Of a stretch of DNA of 38,391 bases, positions 18,748-28,714 are shown piece by piece (position 1 is the stretch's first letter; every line of letters begins with the position of its first letter). The translations under genes were made by a program, and so were the position numbers. The notes beneath the pieces are model-generated. The model was not told where the DNA came from. It saw only the letters and a list, made by a program, of their open reading frames with translations, and did no database searches. Source of the DNA: an uncultured Hyphomicrobiales bacterium (GTDB lineage: Bacteria > Pseudomonadota > Alphaproteobacteria > Rhizobiales > BM303); contig CAZIVB010000001.1 of assembly GCA_964542565.1 (NCBI GenBank), positions 1-38,391 of the forward strand. The letters are read 5' to 3'.

Positions 18748-19793
18748 GCAAAAAAAAGAGCATGTTCGGCCGTCTTTTCGGAACCGAATCAAAAACACCT
18801 GAAAAACCGGAGAGGCCGAAGGGCGATGCTGAGGATAATGGACAACCCGTTGCCGAAAGCAAAAAGAAACAGGGCTGGTTCTCCCGCCTGAAGCAGGGAT
18901 TATCGCGCTCTTCAAACGCCCTGAGCACCGGCATTGCCGACATTTTCACCAAGCGCAAACTGGATGATGAAACCCTTGAAGAGCTTGAAGATATGCTCAT
19001 TCAGGCCGATCTGGGCATTGATATGGCGCTGCGGATCACAAAGGCTGTCGGTCAGGGCCGCTACGAAAAGGAAATCGACCCGGAAGACATTCGCGCCATT
19101 CTGGCGCGGGAAATAGAAACCGTTCTTACCCCGGTCGCCAAGGCGCTGGAGATTGATACTGCCGCCAAACCCTTCACCATATTAATGGTCGGCGTCAACG
19201 GCACCGGCAAGACAACCACCATCGGCAAGATGGCGGCAAAATTTCGCGATGAGGGCCGCTCGGTCATGCTGGTGGCGGGCGATACCTTTCGCGCCGCCGC
19301 CATCGAGCAGCTTAAAATCTGGGGCGAGCGCACCGGCGCTCCGGTTATCGCCAGCAAGATCGGCGCTGACGCTTCGGGCCTTGTATTTGACGCCATGCGC
19401 CAGGCGCGTGAAACCGATACCGATATTGTCATGCTCGATACCGCCGGACGGCTGCAAAACAAAACCGAATTAATGGCGGAGCTGGAAAAAATCGTCCGCG
19501 TTATCCGCAAAAACGATGCCGCCGCGCCCCATGCCGTGATTCTGGTGCTGGATGCAACCACCGGCCAGAACGCGCTTTCCCAGGTCGAGATTTTCCAGAA
19601 AATTGCCGGTGTCACCGGGCTGGTGATGACCAAGCTCGACGGCACGGCCCGCGGCGGGATACTGGTGGCGATAGCGGAGAAATACAAACTCCCCGTTCAC
19701 GCCATTGGCGTCGGCGAGAGCATTGAGGATTTGCACCCCTTCAGCGCCGCCGATTTCGCCAGCGCCATCGCCGGCACCACAAAATCCGTATAA
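18744..19793 (+). CDS. ftsY: Signal recognition particle receptor
   Basis: 349 aa with a charged N-terminal region and an NG domain: GVNGTGKTTTIGK, DTAGRL, TKLDGTARGG. It has an ATGA overlap with mtaB. Confidence 0.95.
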   Translation: MSKKKSMFGRLFGTESKTPEKPERPKGDAEDNGQPVAESKKKQGWFSRLKQGLSRSSNALSTGIADIFTKRKLDDETLEELEDMLIQADLGIDMALRITKAVGQGRYEKEIDPEDIRAILAREIETVLTPVAKALEIDTAAKPFTILMVGVNGTGKTTTIGKMAAKFRDEGRSVMLVAGDTFRAAAIEQLKIWGERTGAPVIASKIGADASGLVFDAMRQARETDTDIVMLDTAGRLQNKTELMAELEKIVRVIRKNDAAAPHAVILVLDATTGQNALSQVEIFQKIAGVTGLVMTKLDGTARGGILVAIAEKYKLPVHAIGVGESIEDLHPFSAADFASAIAGTTKSV

Positions 19794-19813
19794 CATCCGG
19801 CAATGGTCTGATC

Positions 19814-20350
19814 TTATGCCGGTTTACCATCCTTGCGGGTCATGGAATTCTTGATGAATTCAAAAGCCTCATCCGCGCCGCCCCAACGCTGGATTTTCAC
19901 CCATTTGTCTTTTTCAAGGTCCTTGTAATGCTCAAAGAAATGCGCGATCTGGTCGAGCAGGATTTGCGGCAGATCGCGATAGGATGAGACATCCTTGTAA
20001 TAGGGCGATAATTTATCAACCGGCACCGAAATGATCTTTTCATCCTCGCCCGCCTCATCCTGCATCACCAGAACGCCAATCGGCCGGACGCGCACGATCG
20101 AACCGGGAACGACAGGAACCCGGCTGACCACCATAACGTCGATCGGATCGCCGTCATCGGACAAGGTATGGGGGATAAAACCGTAATTGCACGGATAGCG
20201 CATCGCCGTGTGCAAAAACCGGTCCACGACCAAAGCGCCTGAATCCTTGTCGATCTCATATTTGACCGGCTCACCGCCCAAGGGAACTTCGACAACGACA
20301 TTCACATCATAAGGCGGGTTTTCGCCAATGGATATTGCATCAAGACGCAT
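19814..20350 (-). CDS. ppa: Inorganic diphosphatase
   Basis: 178 aa with [37 protein letters not shown] and DEKII, a family I PPase. GGAGG lies upstream of the ATG. Confidence 0.95.
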   Translation of the reverse strand: MRLDAISIGENPPYDVNVVVEVPLGGEPVKYEIDKDSGALVVDRFLHTAMRYPCNYGFIPHTLSDDGDPIDVMVVSRVPVVPGSIVRVRPIGVLVMQDEAGEDEKIISVPVDKLSPYYKDVSSYRDLPQILLDQIAHFFEHYKDLEKDKWVKIQRWGGADEAFEFIKNSMTRKDGKPA

Positions 20351-20543
20351 GGGGTCCTCCAGTTGTTAAAAACGAGTGTTATCGCCGCGTCGGCGGCAGA
20401 TCAACCTTTCTTTGGAATTATTCAGACCCGGGCGTTGAAGCCGGCAAGACGAAACAATTTGTTAACCATAAAACCAGACTCAGGCTAGACTGAAGACCGA
20501 TGCCAACCGGCTGATTCGTCACGTTTTGAAGAGTTCCGCTTAA

Positions 20544-20867
20544 ATGAGCCTTGTTAACGCCATATCCGTCAGCGCTGCGCGGGCCTACCGCACACAGGCA
20601 AGGCCCACCGCTTTGCCCGAACCCGTCGGAATTGCGCCAAAACCGCATATCAACCGGCGTAATAACGGGGTGAAAATCGATCTCAGCCCGGATGCGCGCA
20701 GGCTCCTGGCCCAAACCGGCGCAACAGATATGAGCGCCGCCACGCCGGAGCGGCAGATTCAACCGGGCGCCATCGCTCCGGACGGGGTGGGCAGGCGCGA
20801 GGCCCCGATGCGGACAAGCGCCCCGGCTTATCGCCCGCCGGGCGGCAAGGTTGATTTGCGCGTGTAA
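20544..20867 (+). CDS. Hypothetical small Pro/Arg/Ala-rich protein (107 aa), coding status uncertain
   Basis: This is the only plausible ORF in a 530-bp gap. Third-codon positions are G/C-biased like neighbouring genes. The overlapping minus-strand ORF translates to Arg/Cys-rich nonsense. I recognise no domain, and the Shine-Dalgarno is weak. Confidence 0.35.
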   Translation: MSLVNAISVSAARAYRTQARPTALPEPVGIAPKPHINRRNNGVKIDLSPDARRLLAQTGATDMSAATPERQIQPGAIAPDGVGRREAPMRTSAPAYRPPGGKVDLRV

Positions 20868-20880
20868 AGGCCCCGGACCA

Positions 20881-22293
20881 TCAGGAATCGCCGGAAAAAG
20901 CCACTTCAATCACGCCCTCGGGTTTGCCGCCAACTCTGGCCGCCAGATCATAAAGTGCATTTTGCATGCCCTCTTCAACCACCGGATGATAAAACGGCAT
21001 TGCCAGTAAATCCCACAAGGTCAGGTTTTGCTCAATCGCCCAGGTCAGCTCATTGGCAAGATGCTCGCCCCGCGGCGCAATCATCTCCGCCCCCAGAATG
21101 AGCCCGTCGGATTTACGGCCATAGATATGCAGCAGGCCGGCATTTTCGTGCAACACCCGCGCCCGCGCCTGAGTATCGAAATTGCGCCCACCCACCGCAT
21201 AATCATCGCGCCCGGCCAGTGACTTCATGGTCTCGCCAACCCGGGCGATATTGGGACTGGTAAAAGCAATGGCAAAAGGCGTCTTGCGGCGGAATGAAGC
21301 AATTTTTTCAGCAAAAATATTATACCCGGCAATCCGCCCCTCATCGCCCGCCTCATGCAGCAACGCCCGCTCGCCATTGGCGTCGCCGACAACAAACATG
21401 CGCGTGCCCTTGATTTGCATGGTCGAAGGGTCAATATCCGGCATGCCTTTTTCATCCAGCGCAATTCCGGCCGCCGCCAGATCGAGGGTATCGAGATTTG
21501 ACCGCCGCCCCAGCGCCACCAGAACCTTGTCCACCACAACCTCGCGCGCACCGGCCCTGACCAGAACGCGCCCGTCCGGCGCCTCTTCAAGCTCGGCCGG
21601 AGAGCCGAGCCAGATATTGAAATCTTCCGAGATCAGCCCGATGGCCTCATCGCGCACCGCCTCATCTTCCAGCCCGCCGATGCTATCGAGCATATCGACG
21701 CCGGTGATCCCGATACCAAGCCGCGCCAGCGCCTGCCCCATTTCCAGACCAATCGCGCCAAGACCAAGAACCGCCATTTTGCCGGGCAAATTGTCTTGTT
21801 CAAAAAGACTGTCTGTTGTCAAAATCCGGTCGCCGAATCTCTCCCAGGCCGCGGGAACGACGGGGCGCGAACCCGGCGCGAGGATAAAGCCCTCCGCCTC
21901 AATCTCCTCGCCCTCCACATCAATCACGCCCGGAGCAACAAAGCGCGCCTTGCCCCTGATGAGTTTTTTCGCCGGGCCCTTGTTGAAATTCCCCATCACG
22001 CTGCCGACAAATATATCGCGCATGGCGCGCACATGGCGCAACACTTCGGGGATATCAACACTCAGGCTCTCACCGCCCGAAATACCGGTTGCGGCAAAAT
22101 ACTTGCGGGAGTGAAAATCCTCCGCCGCCTGAATAAGCACCTTGGAGGGCATGCAGCCGACCCGCGCGCATGTCGTACCCAGAGGGCCGCTATTGACAAT
22201 AACAAAATCGCCCGTGTGCTTGCGCAACTGACCAAGCGAGAACAGACCCGCTGAACCCGCACCCACAACGCAGGCTTTGACTTTTCGCCGCAT
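20881..22293 (-). CDS. Dihydrolipoyl-dehydrogenase-family FAD/NAD(P) pyridine nucleotide-disulfide oxidoreductase
   Basis: GAGSAG dinucleotide fold, redox-active CxxxxC (GTTCARVGCMPSK), a second Rossmann motif (VLGLGAIGLE) and a C-terminal dimerisation region with HPV. The ATG at 22293 is preceded by AGGTGG. The track's GTG at 22302 is less likely. Confidence 0.85.
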   Translation of the reverse strand: MRRKVKACVVGAGSAGLFSLGQLRKHTGDFVIVNSGPLGTTCARVGCMPSKVLIQAAEDFHSRKYFAATGISGGESLSVDIPEVLRHVRAMRDIFVGSVMGNFNKGPAKKLIRGKARFVAPGVIDVEGEEIEAEGFILAPGSRPVVPAAWERFGDRILTTDSLFEQDNLPGKMAVLGLGAIGLEMGQALARLGIGITGVDMLDSIGGLEDEAVRDEAIGLISEDFNIWLGSPAELEEAPDGRVLVRAGAREVVVDKVLVALGRRSNLDTLDLAAAGIALDEKGMPDIDPSTMQIKGTRMFVVGDANGERALLHEAGDEGRIAGYNIFAEKIASFRRKTPFAIAFTSPNIARVGETMKSLAGRDDYAVGGRNFDTQARARVLHENAGLLHIYGRKSDGLILGAEMIAPRGEHLANELTWAIEQNLTLWDLLAMPFYHPVVEEGMQNALYDLAARVGGKPEGVIEVAFSGDS

Positions 22294-22427
22294 GATACCC
22301 ACCTTTATTCGTGAATTTGAAATTTAACCGAAATTGGGAATTAACATATGCGCGTTTCCTGATATAACTTCAAGTCCCTGAAAACCTATCGGCAGCCGCA
22401 TTTCTTAATTGAAGGAGACAAAGCAAG

Positions 22428-22862
22428 ATGTCCCAGACCTATCAAGTCGTATGCCCCCATTGCGGAACGATTAACCGTCTGCCAATTGACAAGGACGCCA
22501 AATCCGCCGATTGCGGCAAATGCCACCGGCCGTTATTTACCGGTGAACCGGTTGTGTTGAACAGCGCCAATTTCAACCGTCATATTGCCAAGAGCGACAT
22601 TCCGGTTCTGGTTGATTTCTGGGCCGAATGGTGCGGGCCGTGCAAAATGATGGCGCCCATATTCGCTCAGGCCGCCGGCGAGCTGGAACCGGCCATGCGC
22701 CTTGCCAAGCTTGACACCGAAAGCGCCCCGGATGTCTCCGCCCAGTTCGGCATCAGATCCATCCCGTCTCTGGTTATGTTCCGCCGCGGTCACGAGGTTG
22801 CCCGTCAGGCCGGCGCCATGCCCCTGCCGCAGCTCCTGAGCTGGGCGCGTTCGCAATTGTAG
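22428..22862 (+). CDS. trxC: Thioredoxin 2 (N-terminal zinc-finger thioredoxin)
   Basis: 144 aa with CPHCG...CGKCH zinc-binding cysteines followed by WAEWCGPCK. GAAGGAG Shine-Dalgarno. Confidence 0.9.
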   Translation: MSQTYQVVCPHCGTINRLPIDKDAKSADCGKCHRPLFTGEPVVLNSANFNRHIAKSDIPVLVDFWAEWCGPCKMMAPIFAQAAGELEPAMRLAKLDTESAPDVSAQFGIRSIPSLVMFRRGHEVARQAGAMPLPQLLSWARSQL

Positions 22863-23003
22863 CCACACAACCATGAATGGAAATGTATTCCGTTAATATA
22901 GGAATATTTTACTATTAACCTGAATATTATGAAATATATCCTGTTAAGGCTTTATTAGCATCAGTAATACGACTATAAGCTGTACAGATAGCAATTTCAT
23001 CTG

Positions 23004-23507
23004 ATGCGGGTTATTTCGCCAATGTTCCGATCTCAATCGCCTGCAATTTTCCTTGCCCTGCTGGCCGTTATGTATTTCAGAACAGCGCCGGTTCAGTCCA
23101 AAAGCGCCTTTCTGCCCGGCCCGGTTCTGGGCTATCTGGAACAGGTCATTGACGGCGACACCATTCGCGCCCGGGCCCTGATCTGGCTGAGACAGGAAGT
23201 GCGGGTTACTATTCGCCTCAACGGCGTTGACACGCCTGAACTGCGTGGAGGCTGCGCCGAGGAGATCGCCATGGCCCGCAAGGCGCGCCAGTTCACTGCT
23301 GATTGGCTCGCCAACGGACCGATTCGTCTGACCCGCATCCGGCAGGGAAAATATGGCGGCCGGATTATTGCCAAAATCGCCAATGCCGCCGGCGCGGATT
23401 TGGGCCGCGCTCTGCTGGAACAAGGTCTGGCCCGGCCCTATAGCGGCAAAAAACGCCAATCCTGGTGCCGGATTGCCCGGCGGCCACAGGCGCGCTATCA
23501 GCCCTGA
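23004..23507 (+). CDS. Staphylococcal-nuclease-like (thermonuclease family) protein with an N-terminal hydrophobic segment
   Basis: 167 aa with VIDGDTIRA...IRLNGVDTPEL...GKYGGRIIAKI, matching the SNase Ca-binding and catalytic motifs. N-terminal AIFLALLAVMYF suggests export or anchoring. Confidence 0.75.
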   Translation: MRVISPMFRSQSPAIFLALLAVMYFRTAPVQSKSAFLPGPVLGYLEQVIDGDTIRARALIWLRQEVRVTIRLNGVDTPELRGGCAEEIAMARKARQFTADWLANGPIRLTRIRQGKYGGRIIAKIANAAGADLGRALLEQGLARPYSGKKRQSWCRIARRPQARYQP

Positions 23508-24667
23508 TTCAGAACCTCCATTGCCGCAAGGACGCCGCCTCTTTCAAACGGAATATTTGCCGCCTCAAAACCCATCTCGACACCTGAAAGCGCCCCCGCC
23601 AGGGTAAGAGCGTTCATATATCCCAAATGGCCGATCCTGAACACCCGGCCGGCAATTTTGCCCAGCCCGGCCGCCAGGGACATATCGAATTTTTCCAGAA
23701 CGATAGCCCGGTAGGCATCGGCATCATGCCCTTCCGGCAAACGCACCGCCGTCACCGCACTGGAATATTCTGCAGGTTTGCGGCACTGGATTTCAAACCC
23801 CCAGGCCGCAACAGCGGCGCGCGTTGCCGCCGCCAGTTTGGCATGACGGGCAAAAACATGCTCCAGCCCTTCTTCCTGCAGCATGGCCAGGGATTCGCGC
23901 AACCCGTAAAACAAGGTTACCGGCGGCGTATAGGGGTAAAGCCCGTTAGCCGCCGCCTCGATCATGGGCTCCCAGCGAAAATACCCCTTGGGCAGATTGG
24001 AAGTTTTGCAACGCTCAAGGGCTTTTTCACTGGCCACCGTAAAGCTCAAGCCCGGCGGCAACATAAAGCCCTTTTGCGAGCCGCAGATGGTGACATCGAC
24101 ACCCCAGACGTCATGGGCATAATCTATCGCGCACAGCGATGAGATGGTATCGACAAAAAGCAAAGCGTCATGACCGGCATTATCCATGGCGCGGCGCAGC
24201 GCCTGAATATCGGATGTGACCCCGGTCGCGGTTTCATTATGCACCGCCAGAACCGCCTTGATCTCACGCCTTTCATCCGCCTTCAGATGCGCCTCGATGG
24301 CATTTGCATCAATGCCGCTACGCCAGTCGCCGCTGATCTCTATCACATCAAGACCAAGATCAATGGCAATCGTCTTCCACAGATAGGAAAAATGACCGGT
24401 TTCAAAAATCAGCACCTTGTCACCCGCACTCAGCGTATTGACGATCGCCGCTTGCCAGGCGCCGGTGCCCGAAGAGGGAAAAATCATTACCGGCTGTCTG
24501 GTTTTGAACACCGCTTTCAGATCATTGGAAATCCGCGCCGCCATGCCGGAAAATACCGGGCCGCGATGATCAAGCGCCGGCATCGCCATTGCCGCGGCAA
24601 CCCGGTCCGGGATAATTGTCGGACCGGGGACTTGCAGGAAATATCGGCCGGAAGCAGCTGTTGGCAT
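23498..24667 (-). CDS. Class V aminotransferase (serine-glyoxylate / alanine-glyoxylate type)
   Basis: The ATG at 24667 is preceded by AAGAGG and gives MPTAASGRYFLQVPGPTIIPDRV. The PLP lysine sits in the GSQKGFMLPPGLSF context. The track ORF starts 60 nt upstream. Confidence 0.88.
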   Translation of the reverse strand: MPTAASGRYFLQVPGPTIIPDRVAAAMAMPALDHRGPVFSGMAARISNDLKAVFKTRQPVMIFPSSGTGAWQAAIVNTLSAGDKVLIFETGHFSYLWKTIAIDLGLDVIEISGDWRSGIDANAIEAHLKADERREIKAVLAVHNETATGVTSDIQALRRAMDNAGHDALLFVDTISSLCAIDYAHDVWGVDVTICGSQKGFMLPPGLSFTVASEKALERCKTSNLPKGYFRWEPMIEAAANGLYPYTPPVTLFYGLRESLAMLQEEGLEHVFARHAKLAAATRAAVAAWGFEIQCRKPAEYSSAVTAVRLPEGHDADAYRAIVLEKFDMSLAAGLGKIAGRVFRIGHLGYMNALTLAGALSGVEMGFEAANIPFERGGVLAAMEVLNQG

Positions 24668-24879
24668 GGATGACCTCTTTTTGCTAATAATGTTCAGGAC
24701 GGTGAAAAAGACCATATGCCAGAGCACATGAGAACTGCATGCTTCATAGACGCTGCTGAATTAATCATCAATACGGATTTTTCGCCTTCAATTTGCCACA
24801 GCTTTCTGGCAGGGAAAAAGGCAAATTCGGGGATAAGGACTGTTATTGCATCTCATCAGCTTGTATATAATGCATATAC

Positions 24880-24952
24880 GGCAGGATCGGATCCGGTATT
24901 GCGACAAAAATCGCAACAAAAACAATGGAATAGAGCATTCGGGTTTAGCTAG
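24880..24952. repeat. Degenerate partial copy of the two-hairpin repeat element (approximate boundaries)
   Basis: ccggtattgcgacaaaaatcgcaacaaaaacaatggaatagagc aligns at roughly 70% identity by eye to the ccggttttccgataagaagtgcggcaacaacaaagaattagagc segment of copy 2. The second GCTCT anchor is missing. Confidence 0.35.
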
Positions 24953-24966
24953 GTATAATCAGTATC

Positions 24967-25515
24967 ATGACGGACAAGACAATCGGCAAACATGTATTCT
25001 TTCGCGGCCTGGCTCTGATATTGGCGGCGTCTTTCCTATCCGCCTGCACATCAGGCGCTAATGTCAAGCAAAGCTACCCGGTTGAGCAACGCGGCAGGTA
25101 TTACCAGAGCAAGGATGACACCCCCATCAAGGGCAAGCTGTTTGGCGAAGATGGCGGCCTGATCAAGGGCAAGCGAAAAAACCGCGATGGCGGCGGCGGC
25201 ATTGGCGTAAACGGTTATCTGTGGCGCGCCTCGCTTGATACCGTCTCTTTCATGCCGCTGAAATCAGCCGATCCGTTTGGCGGCGTTATCATCACGGACT
25301 GGTATATCTCGGAAAAGACACCCAATGAGCGGCTGAAACTCACGGTTTATATTCTGGACCGGAGGCTGCGCGCCGATGCCGTTCGTGTTTCGGTTTTCAA
25401 GCAGCGCCGCAGAGGCGGATGGCGTGATACGCCGGTCGGCAAAGACACCGCCCGCAAGATAGAAAACCAGATTTTGACCCGCGCAAGGCAACTGCGTATT
25501 TCGCATCTCGACTAA
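24967..25515 (+). CDS. DUF3576-type lipoprotein
   Basis: 182 aa with a lipobox LSAC after a signal peptide. The conserved core is GVNGYLWRASLDTVSFMPLKSADPFGGVIITDWY. Its position upstream of leuS is conserved in alphaproteobacteria. Confidence 0.8.
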   Translation: MTDKTIGKHVFFRGLALILAASFLSACTSGANVKQSYPVEQRGRYYQSKDDTPIKGKLFGEDGGLIKGKRKNRDGGGGIGVNGYLWRASLDTVSFMPLKSADPFGGVIITDWYISEKTPNERLKLTVYILDRRLRADAVRVSVFKQRRRGGWRDTPVGKDTARKIENQILTRARQLRISHLD

Positions 25516-25541
25516 TTTTTATAGCTTAAGGGGCTGATCAC

Positions 25542-28151
25542 TTGATATCTGAGCGTTACAACGCCCGCAAATGCGAGCCGCACTGGCAATCCGTGTGGGA
25601 ACAAAATTCAGTTTTTCAAGCCGCTGAAGATCCGGCAAAACCGAAATATTACGTTCTGGAAATGTTTCCCTACCCGTCGGGACGAATCCATATGGGCCAT
25701 GTGCGCAATTACGCCATGGGAGATGTGGTCGCCAGATACAAACGCGCCAGGGGCTTTAACGTTCTGCATCCCATGGGCTGGGATGCGTTTGGCATGCCGG
25801 CTGAAAATGCCGCCATGGAACGCGGCGTCCATCCGGGTGAGTGGACCTATTCCAATATTGACGCCATGCGAACCCAGCTCAAGCATATGGGACTGTCGCT
25901 GGACTGGTCGCGCGAATTTGCCACCTGCGATCCGGAATATTACCGCCATGAACAGGCCATGTTTCTTGATTTCCTTGCCATGGGCCTGGCTTATAGAAAA
26001 AAATCGCGGGTGAACTGGGATCCGGTTGACAACACCGTGCTTGCCAATGAGCAGGTTATTGACGGCTGCGGCTGGCGTTCCGGCGCTCCGGTGGAGCAGC
26101 GCGATCTTTCACAATGGTTCCTGAAGATCACCGATTATGCCGAAGATCTTCTTGAATCTCTCGAAGGGCTGGAAAGATGGCCGGAAAAAGTTCGCGCCAT
26201 GCAAAGAAACTGGATCGGCAAATCCCGCGGTCTTCTGATCCGTTTTGCCTTTTCACCCGACAAGCGCCTGAAATCCGGCCAGAGCCTTGAGGTTTACACC
26301 ACCCGGCCCGATACGCTCTTTGGCGCCAGCTTTTGCGCCCTCTCGCCGGAACACCCAATCAGCAAGTCCCTAGCCGCCGGCAATCCTGAACTGGCAGCCT
26401 TTATTCGCGAATGCCAGCAACTGGGAACAAGCGAGGAGGAAATCGAAAAGGCGGAAAAACGCGGCTTTGATACCGGCCTTAAGGTTGTCCATCCGTTTGA
26501 TGCAAACTGGCAGCTTCCGGTTTATGTCGCCAATTTTATCTTGATGGATTATGGCACCGGCGCCATTTTCGGCTGCCCGGCGCATGATCAGCGCGATCTT
26601 GATTTCGCCAATGCCTATAAACTCGATGTTGTCCCCGTTGTGATCCCGGAAGACGCCGACCCCGCCACATTCACGATTGATAAGGAGGCCTATACCGGCC
26701 CGGGGAAAATTGCCAATTCAAAATTCCTTGACGGTCTGAGCGTTGATGAGGCGATGGATGTGGTGGCGGCCAGACTGGAAGAAAAAGGCACCGGAGAGCG
26801 CCAGACTCATTATCGTCTACGTGACTGGGGAGTTTCGCGCCAGCGCTATTGGGGATGCCCGATCCCGATAATTTATTGTGATAGTTGCGGAACCGTGCCG
26901 GTTCCAAAGACTGAGCTTCCGGTGCGTCTGCCTGAAGATGTAAGTTTTGACAAACCGGGCAATCCGCTTGAATCCCATCCAGACTGGAAATATGTCAAAT
27001 GCCCTCAATGCGGCGGGGAGGCTCTTCGCGAAACCGACACCTTCGACACCTTCATCGATTCGTCATGGTATTTCGCCAGATTCTGCGCCCCCCATTCCTC
27101 CAGTCCCACCGAAACGCAAGCCACCGATTACTGGCTGCCGGTTGATCAGTATATCGGCGGCATTGAGCATGCCATCCTGCATCTTCTTTATTCGCGCTTT
27201 TTCACCCGCGCCATGCACAAGACCGGCCATATCAATATCGATGAGCCCTTTGGCGGCCTGTTTACCCAGGGCATGGTCATCCATGAAACCTACCGGACGC
27301 CGGAGGGCAACTGGCTCACCCCCGATGAAGTCGAAATCACCGGCGAGGGGGAAACCCGGTCGGCAATTCAGATTGAAACCGGCCAAAAGGTTGTAATCGG
27401 CTCCATAGAAAAAATGTCGAAATCACGCCGCAATACGGTTGATCCGGCCAGGATTATCGAACATTACGGCGCCGATACCGCCCGCTGGTTCATGCTCTCC
27501 GACTCGCCCCCCGAGCGCGATATCGAGTGGACCGACGCAGGCATTGAAGGCTCCTCGCGCTTTGTGCAAAGATTATGGCGAACCGTGCAACAGGGCCTGC
27601 CGATCATATCCCCCATAGCGGCGCCAAAACCGGATCGTTTTGGCGGCGAATCGATTTTGCTCAGAAAAGCCACCCACCGCACCCTGGCGGCGGTCAGCGC
27701 CGATATTGAAACTTTAAGATTTAACCGCGCCGTTGCCCGCATCTATGAATTTACCAATACCATTGTCGCGGCCGTTTCCGCCTCAGATGCGCATAAGGAC
27801 AGCGGTTTTGCCTGGGCCTTAAGAGAAGCCTTGCAATATCTGACCTGCATGATCGGTCCGATGATGCCGCATCTGGGCGAAGAATGCTGGTCGGCCCTTG
27901 GTCAGGAATCACTTCTGGCCAACGCAAGCTGGCCGCAAATCGAGCAAGATTTGCTCGAGGATGACACGGTCACCATCGCGGTTCAGATCAACGGCAAAAG
28001 ACGCGGTGAGATTACCTATCCCCGCGGCAGTTCCAATGATGTGATCGAATCCCTGGCCTTGAAGCTGGACAGCATCAGCCGGACATTGCAAAGTAAAGAG
28101 GTGCGAAAAATCATTATCGTACCGGAAAGAATCGTCAATGTGGTCATCTAG
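25542..28151 (+). CDS. leuS: Leucine--tRNA ligase
   Basis: 869 aa with the HIGH-type motif ([15 protein letters not shown]) and KMSKS. It has a TTG start preceded by AAGGGG. Confidence 0.97.
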   Translation: MISERYNARKCEPHWQSVWEQNSVFQAAEDPAKPKYYVLEMFPYPSGRIHMGHVRNYAMGDVVARYKRARGFNVLHPMGWDAFGMPAENAAMERGVHPGEWTYSNIDAMRTQLKHMGLSLDWSREFATCDPEYYRHEQAMFLDFLAMGLAYRKKSRVNWDPVDNTVLANEQVIDGCGWRSGAPVEQRDLSQWFLKITDYAEDLLESLEGLERWPEKVRAMQRNWIGKSRGLLIRFAFSPDKRLKSGQSLEVYTTRPDTLFGASFCALSPEHPISKSLAAGNPELAAFIRECQQLGTSEEEIEKAEKRGFDTGLKVVHPFDANWQLPVYVANFILMDYGTGAIFGCPAHDQRDLDFANAYKLDVVPVVIPEDADPATFTIDKEAYTGPGKIANSKFLDGLSVDEAMDVVAARLEEKGTGERQTHYRLRDWGVSRQRYWGCPIPIIYCDSCGTVPVPKTELPVRLPEDVSFDKPGNPLESHPDWKYVKCPQCGGEALRETDTFDTFIDSSWYFARFCAPHSSSPTETQATDYWLPVDQYIGGIEHAILHLLYSRFFTRAMHKTGHINIDEPFGGLFTQGMVIHETYRTPEGNWLTPDEVEITGEGETRSAIQIETGQKVVIGSIEKMSKSRRNTVDPARIIEHYGADTARWFMLSDSPPERDIEWTDAGIEGSSRFVQRLWRTVQQGLPIISPIAAPKPDRFGGESILLRKATHRTLAAVSADIETLRFNRAVARIYEFTNTIVAAVSASDAHKDSGFAWALREALQYLTCMIGPMMPHLGEECWSALGQESLLANASWPQIEQDLLEDDTVTIAVQINGKRRGEITYPRGSSNDVIESLALKLDSISRTLQSKEVRKIIIVPERIVNVVI

Positions 28152-28674
28152 AAAAATCAACAAGCTGCTGATCGGTTTTCTGGTTATTGGCGGTTTTTCA
28201 TTTCTTTCCGCCTGCGGGTTTCGCCCCCTTTATGGCAATGCGGCAAACTCAAAACCGGTCAAAAGCGCTCTGGCGTCAATAACGGTTGCAGAGCCCAAGA
28301 CCCGATTGCAGCAGGTGATCAGAAATCATCTTGTCTATCTGCTCTCGTCGGACGAAGCGGCCCCGGCCCGTTACAAGCTCAAATTTACCGCAACCGAGCA
28401 GGAAACCAATGTTCTGGTTCAGCGCTCCACCCAGGTTGACAGGCAGATTTATCAGATTGATATCAAGTTTGAGCTTTTTGATCTTAGCCGGCCGGACAGC
28501 AAGGTACCGCTCTATAAGGGAACGGATGTGGTAAAACTCTCCTATACCCGCACCGCTTCTGAATTCAATAACATACGCGCCAAGAAAAGCGCTTCGGAGA
28601 AGGCCGGCAAAAGAGCGGCGGAAAATCTCCATATCAGGCTGGCGGCCTGGTTTGCCCGCAATCGCGCATCCTGA
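28138..28674 (+). CDS. lptE: LPS-assembly lipoprotein
   Basis: 178 aa with lipobox [11 protein letters not shown]. It has a 14-nt overlap with leuS and lies in the conserved leuS-lptE-holA arrangement. Confidence 0.8.
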   Translation: MWSSRKINKLLIGFLVIGGFSFLSACGFRPLYGNAANSKPVKSALASITVAEPKTRLQQVIRNHLVYLLSSDEAAPARYKLKFTATEQETNVLVQRSTQVDRQIYQIDIKFELFDLSRPDSKVPLYKGTDVVKLSYTRTASEFNNIRAKKSASEKAGKRAAENLHIRLAAWFARNRAS

Positions 28675-28714
28675 TCTCCGATATTATGAGAATGCGACTT
28701 ATTAATAATTCATC

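Noticed and set aside
20418-20909. 163-aa minus-strand ORF in the ppa / Lpd-like gap.
   Set aside because: It is Arg/Cys/Gly-rich with no motifs. It overlaps the 3' end of the Lpd-like gene and is antisense to the somewhat more plausible 20544-20867 ORF.
22965-22979. taatacgactataag, which shares the first 10 nt with the phage T7 promoter core TAATACGACTCACTATAG.
   Set aside because: The CAC of the T7 consensus is missing and the downstream initiation region does not match. There is no phage RNA polymerase or other phage genes in the window, so this is most likely chance in an AT-rich spacer.
24716-25061. Small ORFs (78 aa and 71 aa) in the AT-rich aminotransferase / DUF3576 spacer.
   Set aside because: They have no Shine-Dalgarno, atypical composition and no motifs. 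One overlaps the well-supported DUF3576 lipoprotein start, and the region is better explained as promoter plus degenerate repeat.
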